28,613 nucleotides of DNA from Amoeboaphelidium protococcarum X5 (taxonomy: Eukaryota > Fungi > Aphelidiomycota), in contig JALDTO010000098.1 in assembly GCA_023515725.1 (NCBI GenBank), forward strand, positions 1 through 28,613, read 5' to 3'. Each line of letters opens with the position of its first letter. Positions within the stretch are counted from its first letter, which is position 1. The notes beneath the pieces were generated by a model. That model worked only from the letters and a program-made list of their open reading frames with translations, was not told where the DNA came from and did not search any database. Of the stretch, positions 1 to 10,293 are shown piece by piece. The position numbers and the translations under genes were made by a program.

Positions 1-2
1 CG

Positions 3-3000
3 CTCTATATGTAGGTGCTTCGCATTGAAAGTAAAATGCTGCAAAGACCGACTGGACTGTTTGGATTCTGGAATAAGATTGTGGCCGTGTCGATTTGTAT
101 CTAGAGAATTGATGACGACGTGTCAGAGATGAAGGTTGTCGATGCTCTTGATCAGGGCACCGTTCACTTCACCTGTCTCCTGGTTGAGGGAAACAGACGC
201 GTGGCTTAGAAATTCTCTGTTACATCTATCAAGGATATTTCTTTTGGTATTGCATGGCGTAAGAGCGGAGATGCCGCGATCAGCTTGCCATTGTTTGAAC
301 TATCATGCGATACTAGGCACAAGATGTAAATCCTACTCAGCTACTGGCGGTAGTACTCTAACGTCGTCATTGCTATGGATTCTGCCGAGATTGATATTGT
401 TTTAAAGCCTGGAGTGGATTCTATTTGGAGCACTGGCAAATCCGTATCAATAATCACGGAAGATGTTATTGTCAAGTCCACCTCGATTTAGACTAAGTAG
501 ACGGACAATTATTCTACCGAGTAGCGAAAGGCTGTGATTATCATTTAGAGTGTGGTAAGAATGTATTTGTAGAGAAAGAGGTATTTGCGTACTTTGAGAG
601 ATATTACTCTGGTTCAGTCATGCGTAAGAAGGCATTAGGTGCGTGGACTCTTAGCGGTGGAAAAGTACAGTAAGTTGGCACAGAAGTATTAGCCTCACAG
701 GACACGCGTCGTGATGGAATTATACTCTACAGAAGTGAATTATGTGACATAGCTGGATCAACTGGTGAGGCTATTCCTGAAACCACTACGTTCACTGTGT
801 GGAGTTCAGGATTCTTTATCATCTTCTACCGGTTACTCTGTGGACAAAGTCTCATCTCAGCCTAGTCTGGCACCATCCAGTTCATCGGGTAATGCACCAT
901 CTCCTCAGCATAGTCATATGTCTTCCCTAGCTAAAGAGATGGGTATCGACCCGGAGATTATCAGCACAATTTTCATGAATGTGGAGGATATTGCTGATAA
1001 GCACAAATAGTTTGTAAATAATTTCAAATCAGTCATTGATGGGTGGGATGAGTACAGTTGCATCGGGTAATTGGTTGGTTCATTTGCGGAATAGCTGAGA
1101 TTGTATAGTGTGTATGCTACAGGATTCTAGGAGTCTAAGAATACTCTGGTGAAGTGTATGAAGAACGCCGCCTTCGCCCAGTACGTGGAGACTGTATAGT
1201 AGTTGAAAGAGGTCAAGAGGTAGGACTTGTCATCATTGTTGATTTTACCTATTCAGCGAATTCCTCGTTATGAACTTCTATTGAAAGACTTTATCAAGCA
1301 CACTTGGACTATCCACCCTGACTATGTACATCTTTAGTAGGCCCTGGTCAAAGTGAAAGATGCTGCTGTGAGAGTGAACAGAGCTAAAGCATATCATGAG
1401 AACAAGTCCAAGTTGTAATCACTTTAAGCGCAGTTAAACAGCGCGTCCACCTCAATGGCATTTTCGCAATTCAATCTTAACCTATCACCAGATGCTGATA
1501 GTAGACGCTCTGAGATGTTGAAAGGCAAAGCTGGTGGTTCAATGTACTTATTTGGAACTAATGCCAGTGCTCCGGCTGTTGGGAATATGAACAACAACAA
1601 CAATAATAATAATGGAAATGCTAATGGTAACAAGGGAAAATCTAATGATTAGGATATTCTTGAGCTGAAAAGAGTTTCTAGTGGGTCATAATATTCTGGT
1701 TTCCTGTCTAATCCTACGGGAACTATTGGCTCGACCACGACTGCTGCTACAGCAACCAATACAGTCACTGACTAGAAATCAAGTACCATCACTAGTGGTG
1801 TTTCTGCTAGCTAGCTTGAAGAGAACTATCTTGGTGAAGGTGAGTTGGTATATTATCAGCCTACACAAGTACCCGTTGTTGAGATTTAAAAGTTAGAGGA
1901 GGAATATTCATTATAGAAAAATGCCTAGGAGAAGGCACAAAAGGATTAGCCTCAGGAAACGCAACCACCACTTTAGTCTACTCCTTCAAGCGCGTCACTA
2001 TCCCAGTCTAAGCCTTAAAAGTTGAAGAAGCTGAGAAAGAGTAAATCGAAAGAATTTAAGCATCAAGAGAGTAAAGCCACATCTGTTAATACCGTAAAGA
2101 TGAAGCCTAATATTGACATTGATGATCTGCTGACAGCCGGTGACGACGATGAGTTCGCAATGGGTAACTAGAATGATACTTTGCACAGTCCGCTGTCACC
2201 TAGGACTGAATTGAAGCTTGTGCCTCTGTAATCCTTTGCTTTTCTATTTGCAGATTCTCTGGTGCTGACTAAGCGCGAGTCTCATACTAAACTCACTGGA
2301 CAAAAGTTGGTCAAGTCAAAGCAGGCCAGAGTTAGAGCAGAGACTTTCAAGTATCAGCCTATTCTGACTATTAATCTCTGTGCCGCTCAGTTTATTGAAG
2401 ATATACCATATCCACAGAATGGTGAGATTGAGGATCCTTTAAAGAGGAAAGAGGTGAGAAAATAATTTATCATCATTGACGAAAATGATGTGGAATATAA
2501 ATTCGCTGCAGAGTCTGTTGATTAGAAAGCAAGGTGGGCGTATGACATTAAAGAAGCGTTGTGCAGACATAAGACGCGTACTTTCAACACCACTAACAGT
2601 ACATTTAGTAAAGTATCAGCTTCCCAAGATTAGGCAATGTTCACAATCCCAGATATAGCTATTGATGAACTCTCCGAGTCTGCGTCAAACAGTCAGAATG
2701 GCTCGCAGTCGCTGAGAAGTACTTAGAATTACAGTCATTACGCGTCTATTGGTAATATCAGTGTGGATGCGCGCGTGGATAAGACACCGCGACAGTCCGA
2801 TGCCTTGAAGCCTATAAGTAAAAGTCCTCCTCGCCGTGTCTCATCCGCTGTAGAGCTATCTTCACCCACCACAAGCTCTTAGAATGGTAGTGATATCGAC
2901 AGTACCGTGTTCAACGTTGACAAGGTGAAAGTTTTGAAAAAGCAAGCTACCAGTATATCTCAATTCACCGCTGCTTCTGCTGCACCATCATCCACTTAAA

Positions 3001-3008
3001 TGAAATGA
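3..3008 (+). CDS. Rho guanine nucleotide exchange factor (IQ motifs + DH + split PH domain), 5'-truncated by the window edge
   Basis: Single frame with no TGA from 3 to TGA 3006-3008 when TAA/TAG=Gln. IQ motif AVIIIQSVVRMYLQRKRY (~531-585). DH motifs RVVMELYSTEVNYVTQLDQLVRLFLKPL and DLSSLLILPIQRIPRYELLLKDFIKHT...HPDY. PH pieces FAFLFADSLVLTK and YKFAAESVDQKARWAYDIKEAL. Confidence 0.9.
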
Positions 3009-3118
3009 TGTTTTTGTTGTTGTTGAAAAGAATAGAATAGAGAATTTCATATCATTTTACTATATATTAGGGAATTTACATTAACATCATTCACGTAATA
3101 TATCAGTGATATGAAAAG

Positions 3119-3526
3119 TCATGGAAGCAATTCTTTAATTTTCTATTGCTCCACTTCGTAAGATTTCAAGTCTTCCAGTAGAAGAGCTTTATTCAAATTC
3201 AAAATTTTCACTTATACACGCCGAATACAACCGCTGACATGCACGATACTCGGGACATCTGATAACTAATTACTAAAGCACTATCTCAAATATTATGCAG
3301 ATTCACGCGCCACTCTGAATATACATAACCTTGTAGTGGGGTTGTAATACTTTACACCAGATCTGGACAAGAACAGAATCACGCCGCGCTCACCAAACTC
3401 TCTAAGCATCGCTTATTATATCAGCTCATACACTTGTCCTTAGGATTTCAATGTACTATTCCCACTAATTTATTATTATTATTGCTAGAATTTAATCAGA
3501 AAATATCTACTCTAAACGCGTACCAT
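3119..3526 (-). CDS. POP5: RNase P/MRP protein subunit Pop5 (135 aa)
   Basis: MVRVQSRYFLIKF...LREFGERG...VKYYNPTTRLCIFRVARE...IVHVSGCIRRVQ matches the Pop5/Rpp14 family pattern (MVRxKxRY, FGxxG, VKYxxxxT, VHVSGTIRK). ATG 3526-3524, TGA 3121-3119. Absent from the supplied ORF track. Confidence 0.88.
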
Positions 3527-3680
3527 TCTCCCTTCTACGGATCTTATCTTACCAGGGCGATGATATCAAAGCTGACTGAAAGGTTGTGAAAAGATCGCGC
3601 CCGCTGAAGATCTCTCTTTTCAATTCGAGAAGTACTGTCTGATAAGGGTTCCCAGTACTCTGTATAAATTCTTTCATAAT

Positions 3681-4787
3681 ATGAAAATAACAGGATTGTA
3701 AAAGCTTGTGGATAAATGCTGTTGTGTATTGCATTTAAGCTGTAAAGAGGAAAAAGTGTAGAATATAAATCAAGAGTCTTTATAGTACCTGGAAAGTATC
3801 ATTTGCAGTCAGATCGCTGATATCATACATAATTTCATTGTATTGGATTGTGAATATTAGCACCAGTATTAATAATAATAATCATCATCATCATCCAAGT
3901 CGTCAAAGAAGATGTCGCTCTCATTGGTCCCTATACTCTTTGCCATTAGAAATTCTCCTCTATATCAGGATTGTTTGCAGTATATCAGATGGATTAATAT
4001 CAAGGATTCAATTCTGAAATGTACCAACATCACACAGACAGACTTTGATTTTGACTTTTATTATCCGAATATGCCTTGGTAAGACTTGTTGCCTCAGCTG
4101 CTGGAAGATTATTAGACTGAATAGTGTCAAGCATCTGATATATCCAGTGACTTATAATTGATGGCTGATTTGAAGCAAGTCACTGAGGTGGGTACTGATA
4201 AGTTTAGTCTTGTAACAGATGATATTGACTCGCTGATTAATTTTGATACTGGTGTGGTGTAATTATTGGAATTTATCGCTTTAAAGTTGGCAAAGTTTTA
4301 TATTTATCACGCGTTATAATTGAAGATTCAGTGGCTCAGTCTACCTAATAATAATAACAGTTAATAGGTGCAGCAGTCAGAGTAATAAAAGGGTCAAGAC
4401 TCGGCATAGTCTTCAGCATCTCGATCTAAACCTGTCTCTTTGATGGATCATATTTAGAAAGAATTGGCTCCCTATCGACAGTATTCGCCGTTCCATGTTG
4501 ATAGTAATAATAATAACAATAGTAATTCCAAGAATTAGGTGCAGCATTCATAAAATCAGTCTGCTTCAGAGTAAGATTAATCAGCCAAGTAGGATGCTTA
4601 AAGTGCATCTATACTGTTAATCACTCGTGATATTCTGCTGGAAGTTTGGCGACGAAACTAATAACATTCACTCAATCTCTCTTCTTAATCTATCCCTGTT
4701 AAGCTGCCTTTTAAGCGATAGATTAGTATCCAACTGCCTTCCACGTAATAGAATAAGATTAAAAGATCTTTTGTACGAAATATGTGA
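3681..4787 (+). CDS. SPT3: Divergent Spt3-like histone-fold protein (SAGA subunit, TAF13/TFIID-18 family), 368 aa
   Basis: Open with TAR=Gln. ESLQYLESIICSQIADII, ILFAIRN, YIRW, MPWQ, VVQLLEFIALKLAKFYIYHALQLK and ILLEVWRR align in order with recalled Spt3 motifs (ETTSLIEDIVRGQ, VIFLIRH, YLSW, LPWE, VIDILGFL...ALKIK, HIEEAWR). Confidence 0.65.
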
Positions 4788-4941
4788 ATTTTGTCAATAA
4801 AGCTAGACATTCTCTGTTTTTACTCGAGCTTATTGGCTAGTATTAAGATATTATCATTCATAACCTTTGATGTTAAAACTCGTAAAAATAATATGATTAA
4901 ATAGAGATTTATATTTTTCATTCAGAACATTAGAGAGATAT

Positions 4942-6753
4942 TCAACGGAAGCGCGACTGCTGATATTAACTCATTCCTCTAGGTCGCTAAGAATTGCTAG
5001 GCAGGTGATGTTCATTGTTATTTGATGAATTACCGCCTTTTTATGCGTGATTAGACGGACTTGAGTTATCATGAGCACCCAATTCTCTGAGGTGACGATT
5101 ATCATGTCTGCTATGCTGTGGAGGAGGAGCTCGATGAGATGGCGGCTATGGTGCGTGTTATTATGAACGAGCAGATGTTAGATGATCACCCGGAACATTA
5201 TGGTGACGAGATTACGGATGTTATGAATGATGATGATGCTATTACTACTACTATTATTATTGATGAGGTACCTGACGATGTTATTGACGAGAGTGAGCAT
5301 GGCCATGAGCTGCAGGAGGAACACGACGCATTTCATGAATATTTTAACGATGCTACTGAGGTTGATTGATTCTATCTCTCATTGCATGGTTCCCGTGATG
5401 TCGACTAGTGTTACTTCGCGGAGGAGCAATAGGCACAGCAGTCGGAACATTACGACCATTGTAAGGTGGATTTGCATGTCTCTGCGAAGGAACAGCATTT
5501 AAATGGTCGCCGTGGGATGATGATGATGGTCCAGATGCATCAGACACTTTGCGAGGGATATTCCTGTTCAGCTTCATCGTTGGATCAGTATTATAATTAA
5601 AACCATCTCGATCTCTGAACCCAACTTCATCATCATCATCACCAGTCGTACATGAAGGTGGCGGAGGATTCAGCATCACGGTGTCTCGACGTGCAGACTG
5701 TGCGCCACCACTACCGCTATGACTATCATGATTCGTACTATCATCAGTGTCGCTATACGTATCAGAATGAGATATATAGCCATTCTTTGGGAATTACAAT
5801 TCAATATCATCCACAATATCGGGTAATTTGGGCTCCTTGCCATCAAAATTATTGTTTCCATTATGCATCTTTTTTTTGTATTACAGCAGCTGCTTCTATG
5901 CAGTATTAGACTTCTTGTTCTTATAAGCTGACAATTGCGCCTACTCAGCTTTTCTGCTTTCATTCTTGGCAATCAGCTGCGCAATTCTCTTGTCAACCTT
6001 GTGGCAACAATACTCTTTCAAGTTACCTCTAATCTCACAAATCATTGGAATGTAGATAATCACAGCAATCAAGTGCGAGAAGGCAGAGAATAGATAGATC
6101 AATACGGCAAGAGCCACGAGCAACAGCAAGACAAAGACACGATTGTCTTCCATGTAAGGCCTTAAAGCATTCTAGCCATCTTGATAGTTGAGACTGATCA
6201 GCACAAGCACAAGCCAATACATATTGATTCCCGCTCTGGGAGTCTCTGCAAAGATCAGACGCTTCCAACCACGTAGACGGAAAAAGACAAACAGAGAAAG
6301 GGTGTCCTTGAATCGCTTCATATCATTAATCTCCTCAAAGAAGCAAAAGTAATCATACTTTTTAAATGCATAGTATCGATAGGCAATTTCATTGGTAAAA
6401 GTAAAGGAGATGTCTTGAGATTTTATAATCTTACGCGCCTTCCTAAAGTCAATAAGCAGCAGTGCCAGCGAGGCCAGCACAGAGAATAGATAAATATATT
6501 TGAAGAATTCCACAATACGAGGATCACCACCAGCAAAGGTAACAGCTTTATCAGCAGCCAAAAACTGGAAAATAATAGAGGATATATCAGCCACGTACAG
6601 CATGAATCCCTTAAAGGCCAGCACGTATAGAAACGCGTACTTCAGCCGCCTAAACACTGAATCCTTACCTCTAAATTCATGCACATCGATATAACTAAAT
6701 TTATGGTCAACCACTGTTTCCCTCTTCCATTTGGGAGGCATACAACACGACAT
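4942..6753 (-). CDS. Kch/Prm6-family fungal potassium transporter with a long His/Gln/Arg-rich C-terminal tail (603 aa)
   Basis: Supplied ORFs 6172-6762, 5941-6153 and 5353-5679 share one frame and are joined by TAR codons. N-terminal MSCC..KWKRE...HKFSYIDVHEF, LIFAETPR and YCCHKVDKRI are typical of the KCH family. Several hydrophobic helices. TGA at 4944-4942. Confidence 0.8.
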
Positions 6754-6892
6754 TTTATACACAGAGATTACAACAAAATATTAAAGGTGGATTTATTCAA
6801 AGTATTGCGTGTTGTTTAATCAATCTTGAGAATGAAATCGTTCAAGATCAGGCGCATGGCCGAGAATGGAAAGCGATCGTTTCACAGGTCTT

Positions 6893-6904
6893 GGCTGATT
6901 GGCC
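6893..6904 (-). promoter_or_regulatory. Candidate CCAAT (NF-Y/HAP) box upstream of the Kch gene
   Basis: GGCTGATTGGCC reads GGCCAATCAGCC on the minus strand, ~140 nt upstream of ATG 6753. Similar CCAATCAG (~8119) and AGATTGGC (~8216) lie in the divergent 7970-8327 spacer. Confidence 0.35.
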
Positions 6905-7024
6905 AGGCGCGTTCTGCGGTGAAACATTGATGCGTTCAGTGAAAACAAGACTGTTTATAGACGCGCATCTTACCTTGAAAGTGGTGATAAAAGATGATTT
7001 ATAAAACTTTATTTTATATTGCAT

Positions 7025-7969
7025 TCAGACTTAACTTTCGGTACCATTGTTGTTGTTACTAGAGATCTGCGATACTCTGTGATCAGTTTCATCACTATTC
7101 ATTAGCGTAGATTTGGTGGACGCTGTGTTCTGGATTGAATTACTTGCGATACAACCTTTATCGGATGACTGATTATTGTTACTGGACATTGGCAGCGTCG
7201 CCTTGAGACTCATTTATCTCTAGTAGTTGTTGATTGCCACCTTCATAAAGACAAGAGTCAGCCCGACCAACACAAAGCTCAGGCAGATTATAGAGTACAA
7301 TACCATGCTAAGGAGGCCGCTCACAAAGCTCGTCACTGCTCCAAGAACACCGCCTGTTAAGACCATTACGAGGCTAACTATACCGTATTTGCTGATTATA
7401 GCGAATATGGTGGCATTGGGAGACTTGAATGATTTTTGAATCTTTCGCAAGTAATTAGAGAGGCCAACAGTATAGATAATCTCCAGGACTATCATTGCCA
7501 AATCTGCCAAGGCAATGTGGACAGCCTGGAGAAAGTACACAATATATTACTTTTGCAGGACACTGTAAGCTATTTGAAACGCCGGATAGAGTGCAAATAG
7601 AATGGTGCAGATCCAAAGTACGATTTTAGTCAGACGATAATACGATGTAAATTGAAGAATCGCATCAGATCGGAGGAAGATTATTTGAATGTAACAGACA
7701 ACCAGCACAGCGAGACAGACAGCCTCAATGGAGCGGATAGACAATAAATTTTACTGATAGTCTACAAGAGATGAGTATTTAATCGAACAATAAGCAGTGG
7801 TCGATATCAGGTAGATTATCAAGAGTAGATCAAACTTATTCTTAAACAGAGCACGTAATTTGATTTGCTACACAATGAGCAGGTAGAACACGTACCAGCA
7901 GACCAGAGTTAGTGCAAGAAACGCTAGAGACACGCATGATCCCAGAAACAATTACTAAGCCAGAATCAT
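7025..7969 (-). CDS. Seven-transmembrane, GPCR-like membrane protein (314 aa)
   Basis: ORFs 7547-7744, 7220-7540 and 7031-7213 share a frame. ATG at 7969, TGA 7027-7025. About seven hydrophobic segments of ~20 aa, then a Ser/Asn-rich tail. Confidence 0.75.
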
Positions 7970-8327
7970 TGAAAATTGCTTTCACTATTTATAATCTATA
8001 ATCTTTGTTAAACAGAAGGACAAAATAAGCACTGCTAAATGTATATGGTTCATACGACATGTGTGGAATTCGAGATTTTCCAACTATTCGACCATGATCA
8101 TTCGAAATAGAGTGCCAACCAATCAGAAACAGCAGTATGGGGAATTAGAGGCTAAAAAATGTTGGTCCATTTGCAATCGATAAGACATTGGAGGGACATG
8201 AAGCATGAAGCACGCAGATTGGCGGGCGAGGCGTTAAAAATCGAATTTCGCACGTTTGTGATCAGATTGCGCCACGGATTTGCAAAGATCGACATTTGTT
8301 TCCGCAAACAAAAAATAAACAGTAATC

Positions 8328-8834
8328 ATGAATCGTGGTCGTGGTCGCGGTGGATAACGTGGTCAAAGAGACGCAAGACAAACAGCTGCTTATGAACGCT
8401 AGTAATTGATGGACTTTTTTGGTATTGCTGGTGTGAGAACAGTTGATGAGCTGGAGCAAGGCGCCCAATATATGCGTTAATTCTTCCAACAAGAATTGAA
8501 CCCAATTCCGGGGACCAAAATTATCACCTATGAGTCCAATCTCGGCCGTGGCAACTTTGACATGGACGGCCCACGCGTTACGTCCATCTCATATCGTGAA
8601 TTGTCTGAGAACATGAAGCAAGTGTTCACTACGACTGCTGGTATTACTGTGCGCATCTTTACGGATAAGACTGATGAGAAGACTGGTTTGCCGATCAAAC
8701 GTATGCGTATGTACATCATTTAGCCTGGTGGACAGTGGATGCGTGCTCCTATTGACGCTGTTCGCTGGGCTCAGAATACTGATTCCAGAACTGGACGTCA
8801 ATTGACCCCTGAACCAGCGTTGGAGTATGAATGA
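8328..8834 (+). CDS. Hypothetical protein with N-terminal RG/RGG tract (168 aa)
   Basis: ATG 8328, MNRGRGRGGQRGQRD..., includes supplied ORF 8496-8723, ends at TGA 8832-8834, followed by an AT-rich 3' region. No family recognised. Confidence 0.75.
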
Positions 8835-9022
8835 AGGAATGCAGCTTGCGTATGAAATGAATGGCTTATACGAATGAATATGAATATGAATATTAAATAT
8901 CAATTCGCGTATGATGTTTTCATTTTTATTCAGTTTAATAGTAAGATAAAGTGTCGCTATTTCTTCAGGCTAATTTAAAAAACAACAAACTTACTCGACA
9001 ATGCAGCAGTGATTATTAATAG

Positions 9023-10019
9023 TCAGGTGATGTTGAGAGTAGACATTAAGTTATGCCCATCAACGTTGTCACAGTCTGCCACAGACTAGGAATTCTCGTA
9101 TCTATCTGCATCATCATCGCCAGACTCGGAGTCACTAGCGCCACTACCGTCCTGCGCATCACTTTTAACATCAATAGCTTCGCAACTGCTTTTTTAATGA
9201 GCATCGATATTATACATTCCAACAAACTTCCAACAATTAGGACAGCATCCCTAGGACCTACTGCGAGCAAGTGAATTGTGAATGGCAATCAGATCATTAG
9301 AAGGCCTAGATTCCGAGTCGCCACACAAATCAATCTTCGTTATCTGATTCTTGTGTGCCCATCGCTCATACAGGACAATGACACGTCCATCTTTATCAAA
9401 CATCCACTAAAATAAGTCATAACTTTGTTCCAAGTCCTTCCGCAATAAAATGCCATTTTTGGGAGAGTACTCGAGATCACGACTTATGAGTTGCAATTAA
9501 TTTAAAGGCACTATGTGAGCTGCAACCAATTAACTAAGATCGCTTTCACCAGATGCAACGCAACAACCGTCTCGTTTCATCAACGCGTCTCGCATCTTTG
9601 CCATGGCCTTCTTCTTACGATTTACGTGCCGACCAGTAGAGCATACACCGCTTTAGGAAAATGAACGACACGAACTTTTTGATGATACAGAAATATCCAA
9701 TGATTCTACACTATTTAAATGAAATTTAAACTTGATGTTGCTATTGAAACTTACCATTAGAGTTAGCTGAAGAATGTGATATCATTCGACTTTCCATTAG
9801 AATTTATAGTTTTATCATTTCCGTTAGACCATGCAGAGCTGACATTCGTGAATTCAATATAGCTTTTAAACCAGTTATGATATATTCAGGCTTTCCTTCT
9901 GCAATAGCTGTCTTTAAATCCATCTCAGCTTCACCTAATTTTTCTGAGGCTTACTTGAATTCTACCTAAAGATCAGACATTGAATTCTTTAATTGATCCA
10001 AGTTTTGCTAAAAATTCAT
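9023..10019 (-). CDS. Coiled-coil + HNH endonuclease (HNH_2-type) + C2HC zinc-finger protein; exons 10019-9755 and 9705-9023 (315 aa)
   Basis: RDALMKRDGCCVASGE...LVAAHIVPL...SPKNGILLRKDLEQSYDLFQWMF...RPSNDLIAIH is the eukaryotic HNH_2 pattern. A 49-nt GTAAGT...TGTAG intron (9754-9706) restores the frame. C-terminal CPNC-x11-H-x4-C and an acidic tail. Confidence 0.8.
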
Positions 10020-10293
10020 AATGTCAAAAAAAACAATATGATTGTGTTTATATCTTGAAGTGGTATATGAGTTAGATTTAAAAATAATATGAAAGGACAG
10101 CAATGTCGTTGAAAAACCAATAGAGTCGTGAAACCAATCTAGATCTGTCCAATCGCGTTTCGCTCTGGTCAGTATCTTGATTCTGAAGCGCGTGAAACGA
10201 AACAAAATGCTGCTCAAGCAGACAAGAAACAAAGTAACCGACGAAAGAGCCAACCATTCATGCGTATTATCAACCCAACTATATAAGAAATGC

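Noticed and set aside
5118-5909. Plus-strand ORFs 5118-5369 (acidic), 5227-5502 (poly-Met/Leu) and 5652-5909
   Set aside because: Antisense shadows of the His/Gln triplet repeats in the Kch tail.
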